Of a stretch of 64,000 nucleotides of DNA, positions 56,269 to 64,000 are shown piece after piece. The notes beneath the pieces were generated by a model. That model did no database searches, was not told the DNA's origin, and saw only the letters and a program-made list of their open reading frames with translations. Positions within the stretch are counted from its first letter, which is position 1; each line of letters starts with the position of its first letter. Position numbers and translations under genes: made by a program. The stretch is from an uncultured Pseudomonadota bacterium (GTDB taxonomy: Bacteria > Pseudomonadota > Alphaproteobacteria > Rs-D84), in the NCBI GenBank assembly GCA_949283535.1, contig CASDTC010000002.1:6130-70129 (forward strand), read 5' to 3'.

Positions 56269-58740
56269 TTAATCAGACTGTAAAACACATATTCCATTTT
56301 GCAATACATACCCAGAATCACATACGCATGTGCCGTAATCGTTTCTGGATGCGTTCGTGCCACATGCCGCCAAACATTGACCATTCCATACTTCGTATCC
56401 AATATTGCAATAACATTTATCATTTACCATGCAATATGTATAATAAGGAATGCTGCCTCCACCCGGTACAATCCGATTCTCAGCTTTGCTTATACATTTA
56501 TTTGCAGTGGCTTTATAGGTAATATTTATAACATTATTAGTTTCTGTCCTGTAACTGGAATTATCTGGACATAGTAATGACTGATAGAACATTTCGGAAA
56601 TGCTTTCCAGACATTTGTCATCTTTGTGCCCATCACTTGTTACTGGGCAACTGGTTTGGTCATCTTTGAACACCGCATATGCGCATGTTAATGCCACATT
56701 GCGGCATGCACCACGCATAACATTATATACACTGCCGACACTGGCACTGGATGACCATGTGTTAACCTGGGTTACCTGTTGATTATAACAATTTGCGATA
56801 TCCAGAACGCAATTTGACGCATAATCTGATATTATCTGGCGCTGTGCCGCTTGGATATTAACCATTGCGCGTTGTACATAATTTACAACAACATCATTAT
56901 ATGGTAAATAATTACCGCGATCATCATATGTATATGCCTGGCATTTGTCCAGAACCGCACGACACAATCCTTCGTCTTGGGTTTCTTGTTTTGTGCCAAT
57001 TTTCTTTAACAGATATGCGGCAATACATGCGCCATTATTACCAACCCCATCATCATCATTACTGGGTACAGTGGCAGAACATGCTTTATCGTTAATTGCC
57101 ATAGAATATGAATTCTGTAAAAATCCTTTGTCTATATCCGCATTATTATAGCTGGTCATAAAATCGATAATTTTGGTTATATCCTGCCCCAATACAACAG
57201 AACCATTTTCATCAATATATGTCTTGGTCGGATCCAGACATTTTGTATAATCCTCGCCACAAACCATATCATCACGCATGCATTCGTCCAGTGCCGCCAT
57301 ACAGCCCTTGGCATCATATTGATTTTTATTTTCCAGAACCGCCAAACGCGCCTTTTGCAACATTAAATTCGCACTGCGAACATTGGAAACCAATGTTTCG
57401 TTCATTTTTTTCAATCCCTGTTCATATGAAATGCAATCACGGTCAATTGCCAGGTCATAATTTGCGGTTATTTGATCAATGTTTGCACCGGCTTCTTCGC
57501 ATTGATCCAGAATTGTTTTACAACGATTTTTTGCCGCATTGTACAGTTGTGTACCACGCATATTTGATAAATTACTGGTGAATCCCGTGGTCAAGAAATC
57601 CAAACTGAATAAATCCGCCGAATTCGATAAAAAATCCAAATCCATATCCAAACCAAACAATCCAGAATTTGATGAATAACTGGACGATGTACTGACCGGG
57701 TCGCGAATTAATTCTTCGATTTCTTCCAGCATGTTGCGTGTTTCTGTCGTATCCTTGGCACCAGACAGTGCTTCTTCTGCCTCGGTCGCGGACATAATGG
57801 CATCGATTTCTTCTTCGGTTAATCCGACATAGCGGATACGCTGTGCCACTTCGTTTAATTGATTATTGGCATCGGTAACGGCTTCTTCAACATCTGTATA
57901 ATCGCTTAAATTTGCCGAACAAGAACAACGTTTTTGATTTGAATCAATAACCGAACAAAATTGATCCATACAATCATTATACTGTTGCTGGCACGATGAA
58001 TTTAAATCAGAAACCAAATCCATGCGTTCCTTGGCGGCGGCAATTGTTTCAGATGTAACCGTTGTATTCCCAGATGTTGTTGCACGCGCGGAAACAGAAC
58101 GCGCTTCGTTCGCGATGTTTGACCCAGTTTGAATATCAGTACCGGCAATGGTGGCACGACCGCCAACCTCTGCGGTTGATGGACGCAGCGATAATCCCGC
58201 GCGGCGAACCGTTGGATTGTTATTAATACTGGCAGATTCAACCCGGGCGTTGCGACCAACCGTATTTACCGTCGCATTCAAATTATCACGCGCAGAATTT
58301 ACATGTGTTGCACCCGCTGCGCGCGACACGCTGCCCCCGCTGCGCGTGGTGGATGTACCACGCGATGTTGCACCGGTATCATTGCCTAAATCTAAAACAC
58401 GCGAACCAACACGAACAATATCTGAATCAGATGCAGTTGTATTTGTTGTTGTGGCAGCACGACTGACCACACTGCGCGAATCTGTGGCATTACGTGCGGT
58501 ATTATCAGACGCATCATCATTATTTATCGTTTCAGATTGAACCGTTTTTTGAACCGATTGTGTTATTGTTGTGCGTGATGCATTCGGACGTGTTGTTGAT
58601 GCACCACGCGATGTCGTATTTGATACAGTCGCATCCGTTGATGTACTGGACGGGATTGCGCGCGATATAGACGAACCGTCTGCGAACGCAAACGGCGCAG
58701 TAAATGCGATTAAGAAAAAGCACAATGGCAATCTTCTCAT
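56269..58740 (-). CDS. large secreted protein: Ser/Thr/Arg-rich N-terminal region plus cysteine-rich C-terminal region (about 32 Cys), paralog A
   Basis: 823 aa. The signal peptide is ..FTAPFAFADG. About 230 low-complexity residues follow (TSRGASTTR, VVSRAATTT, SVSRAAGAT). Then come YNDCMDQFCSVIDSNQKRCSC, coiled-coil-like stretches, many CxnC pairs and an EGF-like end (CYCNIGYEVWNGQCLAACG..GTCVCDSGYVLQNGICV). Confidence 0.7.
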   Translation of the reverse strand: MRRLPLCFFLIAFTAPFAFADGSSISRAIPSSTSTDATVSNTTSRGASTTRPNASRTTITQSVQKTVQSETINNDDASDNTARNATDSRSVVSRAATTTNTTASDSDIVRVGSRVLDLGNDTGATSRGTSTTRSGGSVSRAAGATHVNSARDNLNATVNTVGRNARVESASINNNPTVRRAGLSLRPSTAEVGGRATIAGTDIQTGSNIANEARSVSARATTSGNTTVTSETIAAAKERMDLVSDLNSSCQQQYNDCMDQFCSVIDSNQKRCSCSANLSDYTDVEEAVTDANNQLNEVAQRIRYVGLTEEEIDAIMSATEAEEALSGAKDTTETRNMLEEIEELIRDPVSTSSSYSSNSGLFGLDMDLDFLSNSADLFSLDFLTTGFTSNLSNMRGTQLYNAAKNRCKTILDQCEEAGANIDQITANYDLAIDRDCISYEQGLKKMNETLVSNVRSANLMLQKARLAVLENKNQYDAKGCMAALDECMRDDMVCGEDYTKCLDPTKTYIDENGSVVLGQDITKIIDFMTSYNNADIDKGFLQNSYSMAINDKACSATVPSNDDDGVGNNGACIAAYLLKKIGTKQETQDEGLCRAVLDKCQAYTYDDRGNYLPYNDVVVNYVQRAMVNIQAAQRQIISDYASNCVLDIANCYNQQVTQVNTWSSSASVGSVYNVMRGACRNVALTCAYAVFKDDQTSCPVTSDGHKDDKCLESISEMFYQSLLCPDNSSYRTETNNVINITYKATANKCISKAENRIVPGGGSIPYYTYCMVNDKCYCNIGYEVWNGQCLAACGTNASRNDYGTCVCDSGYVLQNGICVLQSD

Positions 58741-58830
58741 ACTTATTATTAAATAATTATATCATAACAAGTAAATACTTAAAAGATGATTTTTATTGAT
58801 TTACCGCATCCATATGATAATATTTATTCT

Positions 58831-58955
58831 GCATTGGATGATTACCAGTGCGGGGTGTAAGAACCTCTCGAAGATTTACTCCAACCATGGTTGGAGGGTT
58901 GTGAATATATTGAATAAGCACACTATTATGTGATAGTTATGAACCTCCAACCGCC
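58831..58955 (+). ncRNA. candidate small RNA, family copy C
   Basis: An extended -10 (TGATAATAT, 58815-58823) lies 7 nt upstream of GCATTGG. The 5' hairpin is GCATTGG/CCAGTGC, where a U-G wobble replaces the U-A pair of copy A. The core is CTCCAACC-AT-GGTTGGAGGG, then GAATATATTGAATA, an ACTAT/ATAGT hairpin and GAACCTCCAACCGCC. No clear T-run terminator; it runs into a hairpin repeat. Confidence 0.55.
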
Positions 58956-58960
58956 ATTAA

Positions 58961-59150
58961 TCACGCAGGGAGCAACGCGACCGTGGCGATCCAGTTATAA
59001 TAGAGTCGCGCATACGCGCGCGCATAACCGACTGGATTGCCGCGCTGCGCCGCGCATGACAAGAGAAAGTGTATGTGGGGTGGGATGACACACGAAAGAA
59101 GTTCGCACCGTTGGCGCGGACAACAATTGTACTTTTCACTCTGAACTTTG
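58961..59150. repeat. hairpin repeat modules plus an inverted CAAAGT box module
   Basis: GCGACCGTGGCGATCCAGTTATAATAGAGTCGCGCATA is shared with 17030-17070. CTGGATTGCCGCGCTGCGCCGCGCATGACAAG follows. The region ends with the inverted CAAAGTTCAGAGTGAAAAGT box next to the rpmA terminator. Confidence 0.85.
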
Positions 59151-59180
59151 AAAAAACGGGGCAAATGCCCCGTATATTTT
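59151..59180 (-). terminator. Rho-independent terminator after rpmA
   Basis: Minus strand: ACGGGGC-ATTT-GCCCCGTTTTTT. This is the same CGGGGC/GCCCCG hairpin type as at 2033, 29725 and 63149. Confidence 0.8.
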
Positions 59181-59447
59181 TTATTTTGCATCGGATTCTG
59201 GAATAACAGAAACGGTCTTTCTGTCGCCCAAACCCTTTTTAAATTTAACAATGCCTGCGATTTTCGCAAACAGTGTATGGTCTTTGCCCATACCAACATT
59301 CAACCCTGGGTGTACCGATGTCCCGCGTTGGCGAATAATAATATTGCCTGGGATAACACGGCTGCCACCTGATTTTTTGACGCCCAGTCGACGTCCCGCA
59401 GAATCGCGCCCATTGGATGTTGCTGAACCAGCTTTCTTATGTGCCAT
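59181..59447 (-). CDS. rpmA: 50S ribosomal protein L27
   Basis: [38 protein letters not shown] is canonical L27. Confidence 0.95.
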   Translation of the reverse strand: MAHKKAGSATSNGRDSAGRRLGVKKSGGSRVIPGNIIIRQRGTSVHPGLNVGMGKDHTLFAKIAGIVKFKKGLGDRKTVSVIPESDAK

Positions 59448-59493
59448 AATTAAACTCCTTTGATTTCTGATTTAATATTCAACCAGAAATTTA

Positions 59494-59793
59494 TTAACCC
59501 TTGATTTCTGTGATTTTCAATACGGTTATATATTGACGATGCCCGTGTGTACGACGATAGTTTTGACGGCGTTTTTTCTTGAACACCAAAACCTTGTCCC
59601 CGCGTTTTTGTTCCAAAACCTGGGCGACAACCTTTGCCCCGTCAACGAATGGGGTTCCAACCTGGTCGTCCAGCATTAATACCTGGTCAAATTCGACCGT
59701 GCCATCGGCATTCAGGCGTTCAACCTTTACAATATCGCCCGCCTGGACCCGATATTGTTTGCCACCGGTTTGAAAGATTGCAGTATTGCTCAT
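59494..59793 (-). CDS. rplU: 50S ribosomal protein L21
   Basis: The internal ATG at 59793 gives [20 protein letters not shown]..., the canonical L21 start. The upstream 35 codons of the track ORF are probably not translated. Confidence 0.9.
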   Translation of the reverse strand: MSNTAIFQTGGKQYRVQAGDIVKVERLNADGTVEFDQVLMLDDQVGTPFVDGAKVVAQVLEQKRGDKVLVFKKKRRQNYRRTHGHRQYITVLKITEIKG

Positions 59794-59845
59794 ATGTCTT
59801 TCTCTTTTCTGTTGTTCTTGTTCGTTTTGTATAAAGTTTGCTACA

Positions 59846-59873
59846 AAAATAACATTTTTTGCCAAAAAGTCAA
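59846..59873 (-). promoter_or_regulatory. putative sigma70-type promoter of rplU-rpmA
   Basis: Minus strand: TTGACT, a 16-nt spacer, then TATTTT. It lies about 50 nt upstream of the rplU ATG. Confidence 0.4.
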
Positions 59874-59914
59874 GCGTTTTGCATAATTTTTTCAACAAAT
59901 CGATTCTTTACCCC

Positions 59915-60100
59915 ATTGTCATCGCGCGGGGATCACAGCGACCGTGGCGATCCAGTGGGTAAAGATGTCGCACGCAGTCGCGTGCGTGCATAAATGCACT
60001 GGATTGCTTCGTTTCACTCGCAATGACAAGGCGAGTGTTTATTTTGCAAGGACAAGGGTGTGTGCATTAACTGGATTGCCGCGCTACGCATGCAATAATA
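59915..60100. repeat. hairpin repeat modules
   Basis: GTCATCGCGCGGGGATCACAGCGACCGTGGCGATCCAGTG, CACTGGATTGCTTCGTTTCACTCGCAATGACAAG (identical to 17138-17170) and AACTGGATTGCCGCGCTACGCATGCAAT. Confidence 0.85.
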
Positions 60101-60143
60101 CAATAAAAAACATCGCCCATGCGGGCGGTGTTTTTGGTGTTTG

Positions 60144-62360
60144 TTAATTACCCTCGTTTTCGCGGTAATCGTTTACGTCCCATTCACGAATTTCTTCTAC
60201 AAAGTTGCTTAACAAGCACTGTTCACGCAAATTCGCCGAATTACATTTTGTTGCGTCTTCGCCAATACACAATGGTGTTTGTGTATCTGTTACGGTCGCA
60301 CCATTTACACCATTCAATATTTCATTCAATGTTACAATATTGCGGCATGTATTTTGTTCATAGTCTTGGCTATTATTACATGTTTCGCTGTCTTGCGTGT
60401 CAATAATTGCGCGGAATTGTGATGTTGACGGATTGCAAATCATTGTTTCATAACAATGTGGAACATTTGCAATTTGTGCGCAATATGTTCTGATACGCGA
60501 TGTAGACCAGTTTTCTGAATCTGCCTGGGTTTCATAACAATCCAATATTTCACTTAAACATTCGTTAAAGTTTGTACCTGCCGCGGTTGCTTCTGACAAA
60601 ATTGTTTCTTGTTCTTCTTGATAGAATTCCAGACGCTTTTGCTGTAATGCCTGTTGCGCGGCGACCTTTTGATAGCCGATATTTTGTGCGGTTGTGCTTA
60701 ATTGTTCACCATATGCATCACAGTCCGCATTCGCATCCAGCGCATATTTCTGCATAATGCTGCGACGTGCGTCGGCAACTGGTCCACGCAGGTCGGCATA
60801 TGGATCGCCCGATGCCGATGTATAGCCAAAGCATGTTGCCGAATTAGACGCCGTATATCCCGTATTTGGTTCAATGAAATTTAATTCATATGTACCAGTA
60901 TTCGATACGGTTATATAACTGTTATAATTATACGGGCATTGTGAACGACCATTACCGCACTTAGTTCCACCAGACGGCGGTGTGCCACACGCTTCATAAA
61001 TTCCGTTAAAGCAGGAATCCAATACGCGGTTGCAAACATTATTATGTGCATATTCAAACAGTTCGTATCCCCATGTTTCCGCCAGGGAATCTTTCAGATT
61101 TTCACTGTCTGCGAATGCACCACTGACCCCTGCCAAATTGCCAACAACATTTGTCAATTCATCGAATGCGGATGTTAACGCATCTTCATCATCCGTCAGA
61201 ATGGTTAATGTTTGTTCTTTTGCGTCCGCCCATGATTGCAGGGACGCCAAGATATCGCTGCTGGTGCCGTCAATATTGTCTATATTAAATCCGAAATTAT
61301 TTCCAGTTTCTGTACAATATGATGGCTGATTACATGGACTTTGCCCATTGCCCTGACCATCGAACAAACCATGATTATAGCACCAATCTTGCGCCTGGGT
61401 TGAATTTGTACCGTATTGATCGGTCACTTCTTTCCATGATACACAATTCATAACTTTTTCTGCATCTGTTAATTGGAATGCTTCACTGATATCTTTACCC
61501 TTGGTGGCGATTAACAATGCCAATTCACCAGATACCTTTATCAATTCTTCGTTTGCCTGTTCCAGGGCGGCTTCGGCCTCTGCAAATGCCTTGACACGAC
61601 CGGCGCATGCGCAACGACGTTGTGCCGCGTTACGCGCGGTGCAGATTTCGTCCATACACGCATAGTATGATTCCATGCAATTGTTGTATGCATCCGCAGA
61701 AATTAATCCGGTTGTCGAATCGATAATGTTTGAATAGTTTCCCGTATACAATCTGTTTTGCAGATATGTATATGTTGCGGAATTTGTTGCAGCCTTGCTG
61801 CCACGGATTGCACTGCCCTGTAATGAAACGCGGGCGGTTGTACCGGCGCGGGATACGACATTACGATTTGTTGTTGCGCGCGATGCATTTGCAACCGTGC
61901 CACGCGATACGACATTACGTCCACTGGTTGTGGCGGTGCCACGCGATACTGTATTTGCCGTTGTGCGTGATGCGGATACACTGGGGCGCGCAGATGTCGT
62001 TGTCGCACGCGATGCGGTTGTTGTCGCCGTACGCGTTGTTGTGGTTGGTGTCGCCGTTGTACGCGCCGTTGTGCCACGCGATGTAACCGCACGCGATGCA
62101 GTTGCAGTGGTCGTGGTACCACGCGATACGGTATTTGTTGCCGTACGACGCGATGTCGCATTCGTACTGCGCGGTGACGCGGTGCCAGCACGCGTTGCCT
62201 GGGGTCCAGCAACAACAGTTGATGTTGCAATTGGTGCAATTGGATCTGCAAACACGGCACGAATTGACACCAATGTCGAACAAACCAGAAACGCCCCCGC
62301 CAACAAGAACACCGTTCCCATTGCATTTTTGCAATAATCTGCGAAATTACGGCTTTTCAT
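60144..62360 (-). CDS. large secreted protein: Thr/Ser/Arg-rich N-terminal region plus cysteine-rich C-terminal region (about 26 Cys), paralog B
   Basis: 738 aa. The signal/TM is ..LVCSTLVSIRAVFA. About 170 low-complexity residues follow (TATNTVSRGTTTTATASRAVTSRGTTARTT...). Then comes YNNCMESYYACMDEICTARNAAQRRCAC plus a coiled coil, matching the motif in the 823-aa paralog. Confidence 0.7.
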   Translation of the reverse strand: MKSRNFADYCKNAMGTVFLLAGAFLVCSTLVSIRAVFADPIAPIATSTVVAGPQATRAGTASPRSTNATSRRTATNTVSRGTTTTATASRAVTSRGTTARTTATPTTTTRTATTTASRATTTSARPSVSASRTTANTVSRGTATTSGRNVVSRGTVANASRATTNRNVVSRAGTTARVSLQGSAIRGSKAATNSATYTYLQNRLYTGNYSNIIDSTTGLISADAYNNCMESYYACMDEICTARNAAQRRCACAGRVKAFAEAEAALEQANEELIKVSGELALLIATKGKDISEAFQLTDAEKVMNCVSWKEVTDQYGTNSTQAQDWCYNHGLFDGQGNGQSPCNQPSYCTETGNNFGFNIDNIDGTSSDILASLQSWADAKEQTLTILTDDEDALTSAFDELTNVVGNLAGVSGAFADSENLKDSLAETWGYELFEYAHNNVCNRVLDSCFNGIYEACGTPPSGGTKCGNGRSQCPYNYNSYITVSNTGTYELNFIEPNTGYTASNSATCFGYTSASGDPYADLRGPVADARRSIMQKYALDANADCDAYGEQLSTTAQNIGYQKVAAQQALQQKRLEFYQEEQETILSEATAAGTNFNECLSEILDCYETQADSENWSTSRIRTYCAQIANVPHCYETMICNPSTSQFRAIIDTQDSETCNNSQDYEQNTCRNIVTLNEILNGVNGATVTDTQTPLCIGEDATKCNSANLREQCLLSNFVEEIREWDVNDYRENEGN

Positions 62361-62551
62361 AAAATTCTCCCCTGTAATCCGGAAACGCCCGGAAAACCCG
62401 ATATTTGACGATACGATAACAGTATAATCGCATGTCTATTTTGTTTAATTATAACATTTTTGTGGCGGGCTGTAAATAAGAAAACCGGGCATTTACAATG
62501 CGGAATATTTTTATATTTATTATTTTTCATCGTGCGTGATATAATTATGGC

Positions 62552-63112
62552 ATGAAAAAAATTGTTGCATTATTGTTCTGCGTTATTTGTGTGCCGGCAT
62601 TGGCAGACGGTGATACAAATCCAATGTTTGGCGAAAACACACAAAACTCTATCATGCTGTATGCCGCCCAGGGAACAGGTGCGGGTTCGCTGTTTAAATT
62701 GGTTGATCCGTTTTTGTGGGATTTTGAACCATTGACAATGGCAATGTTGCAATACAGTCAACCGGTATCAATATTCAGATTACCATCACGAATTAATTTA
62801 ACACTGGTTCAGAATTTTGGTTATGACAGTGGACGCGGATTATCGTTCTTTGCCGGCGGGATATCATGGGATGTTGCGTTGGTAAATTGGCGCGGTTTTT
62901 ATATTGGCGTTGGTATCGGTCCATATATGCGCGATTCCCGCGATCGATATGTGCAAAGCAGATTAGTATTCGGGGAACGATTTTTTATCGGGAAAAACAT
63001 TGGCGACAGATGGCGCATCGAATGGTTTACCCAACATTTTTCAAATGGTGATTTTACAGAAATAAACCGCGGATTTAACTTTACCGGTCTGGCGGTGGGA
63101 TATAGTTTTTAG
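62552..63112 (+). CDS. acyloxyacyl hydrolase / lipid A 3-O-deacylase (PagL)-like outer membrane protein
   Basis: The signal peptide is ..CVPALADG. Beta-strand periodicity is visible. The C-terminal ..HFSNGDFTEINRGFNFTGLAVGYSF matches the PagL-like family ending. Confidence 0.55.
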   Translation: MKKIVALLFCVICVPALADGDTNPMFGENTQNSIMLYAAQGTGAGSLFKLVDPFLWDFEPLTMAMLQYSQPVSIFRLPSRINLTLVQNFGYDSGRGLSFFAGGISWDVALVNWRGFYIGVGIGPYMRDSRDRYVQSRLVFGERFFIGKNIGDRWRIEWFTQHFSNGDFTEINRGFNFTGLAVGYSF

Positions 63113-63148
63113 CGCAATATTATTTTTCACGCCCCGGGGATGATAAAT

Positions 63149-63233
63149 AAAAAAACGGGGCGAATGCCCCGTGTTTTCAAAGTACAGGGTTCACAGTGCA
63201 AAGTTCAAATATTGTGTCGCTGCGCGATAAGTT
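63149..63233. repeat. composite repeat module (terminator + CAAAGT boxes + GTCGC..GCGA hairpin)
   Basis: AAAAAACGGGGCGAATGCCCCGTGTTTT, then CAAAGTACAGGGTTCACAGTGCAAAGTTCAAATATTGTGTCGCTGCGCGATAAG. The order and sequence are as at 2033-2120 and 29018-29095. Confidence 0.85.
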
Positions 63234-64000
63234 TTATTTCCAATTACTTGGTATTTGATCATAATCCGACAGACCGGTTGCGTTTTCATATGCAAAAAGA
63301 CCCACGGTGGTACCGGACCATATTTCATACAGATACTGTCCATTTATTCGCGCGGACGGTCCGGTAAGTGATGTGCAATCGGTAAATGTTTCGTAAAACA
63401 TCCATCCTGCCGCTGGTCCCGATATTCCCGCGAACAGGTTTTCCGGAATGCTTTGTAATTGGGTACATTTGGCAAATGTGCCGCCAAACATATACTCTGC
63501 CGGTGCGCCTTGGATGCCGGCAAACAGGTCGGCGGGGATTTCTGTTATTGCTGTGTTGGCAAATGTCCCATAAAACATACTCTCTGCTGGGGTAATTGTC
63601 CCGCTAAACAACGGACCTTCTATCGTGGTCAGGTTTGGGCAATAGCTAAATGTATTACTAAACATCATCTCCGCGCCATTACTATTCAGTTCACCAAACA
63701 GATTCGCTGGAACACTGGTTATCGCGGTCCTAGCAAACATACTGGCAAACATACTCTCTGCTGGGGTCAGTGTCCCGCTGAACAATGGTCCATCTATTGT
63801 GGTCAGGTTTGCACAATTGCTAAATGTATCGTGAAACATTCTCGATGCGCCATCACCATTTAATGTACCAAACAGATTTGCGGGGACACTGGTTATGCCA
63901 GATTGTTCAAACATGCTTTCAAACATACTCTTTGCTGGGGCGCCTTGGATACCCGCAAACAGGTCGGCGGGGATTTCTGTTATTGCGCTATTGGCAAATG
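63234..64000 (-). CDS. LRR-like 29-residue-repeat secreted protein, paralog 2 (5' part beyond the window)
   Basis: The reading frame stays open past the ATG at 63926 to the window end (..FAGIQGAPAKSMFESMFEQSGITSVPANLF..). The repeats and the C-terminus GPSARINGQYLYEIW...GLSDYDQIPSNWK match the gene at 29751-31898. Confidence 0.75.
   Translation of the reverse strand, partial: FANSAITEIPADLFAGIQGAPAKSMFESMFEQSGITSVPANLFGTLNGDGASRMFHDTFSNCANLTTIDGPLFSGTLTPAESMFASMFARTAITSVPANLFGELNSNGAEMMFSNTFSYCPNLTTIEGPLFSGTITPAESMFYGTFANTAITEIPADLFAGIQGAPAEYMFGGTFAKCTQLQSIPENLFAGISGPAAGWMFYETFTDCTSLTGPSARINGQYLYEIWSGTTVGLFAYENATGLSDYDQIPSNWK

Noticed and set aside
61703-62362. Four overlapping ORFs in other frames and strands over the 5' part of the 738-aa gene
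   Set aside because: They are produced by the biased, repetitive ACN/CGN DNA that encodes the Thr/Ser/Arg-rich region. Only the frame with a signal peptide and continuity to the Cys-rich body is credible.

Overview
All calls come from reading the sequence and the ORF translations by eye. No database search, HMM, tRNA scan or RNA folding was run. The window is a gene-dense, moderately AT-rich chromosomal segment from a probable alphaproteobacterium; a GapR/DUF2312 nucleoid protein is encoded at 10687-10935. The content suggests a host-associated lifestyle.

Most of the window is housekeeping:
- yidC-lspA, a CPA2 K+ antiporter, rsmA-recR, a DD-carboxypeptidase with a SPOR domain, pyk, comEC, truA, fmt-def, rmuC.
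- A marR-tolC-adaptor-RND efflux operon.
- tRNA-Gln and tRNA-Glu, gyrA, rpmH, valS, comF.
- A fragmented dcw cluster (mraY, ftsW, murG), mliC, mrcA, rpmE, uvrD, dnaQ, rplU-rpmA.

The accessory and unusual content is:
1. A 5'-truncated VirB10/TrbI-like gene at the left edge, carrying a cysteine-rich tail.
2. Five paralogous polytopic membrane proteins (46.7-53.3 kb) that look VirB6/TrbL-like, with no other T4SS genes beside them.
3. Two large paralogous secreted proteins with Ser/Thr/Arg-rich N-terminal regions and cysteine-rich C-terminal regions, flanking rplU-rpmA.
4. Two paralogous secreted proteins built from 29-residue LRR-like repeats.
5. A three-copy structured element of about 125-190 nt. 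Each copy has an extended -10 box 6-7 nt upstream of a conserved GCAT(T/G)GG start. I propose it is an undescribed small-RNA family.
6. Both tRNA genes are followed by GC-rich inserts of 143-165 bp that end in an exact copy of the tRNA 3' end (att-like scars).
7. A modular family of hairpin repeats, some carrying their own terminators, fills most of the long intergenic regions.

No transposase, integrase or CRISPR array is visible.
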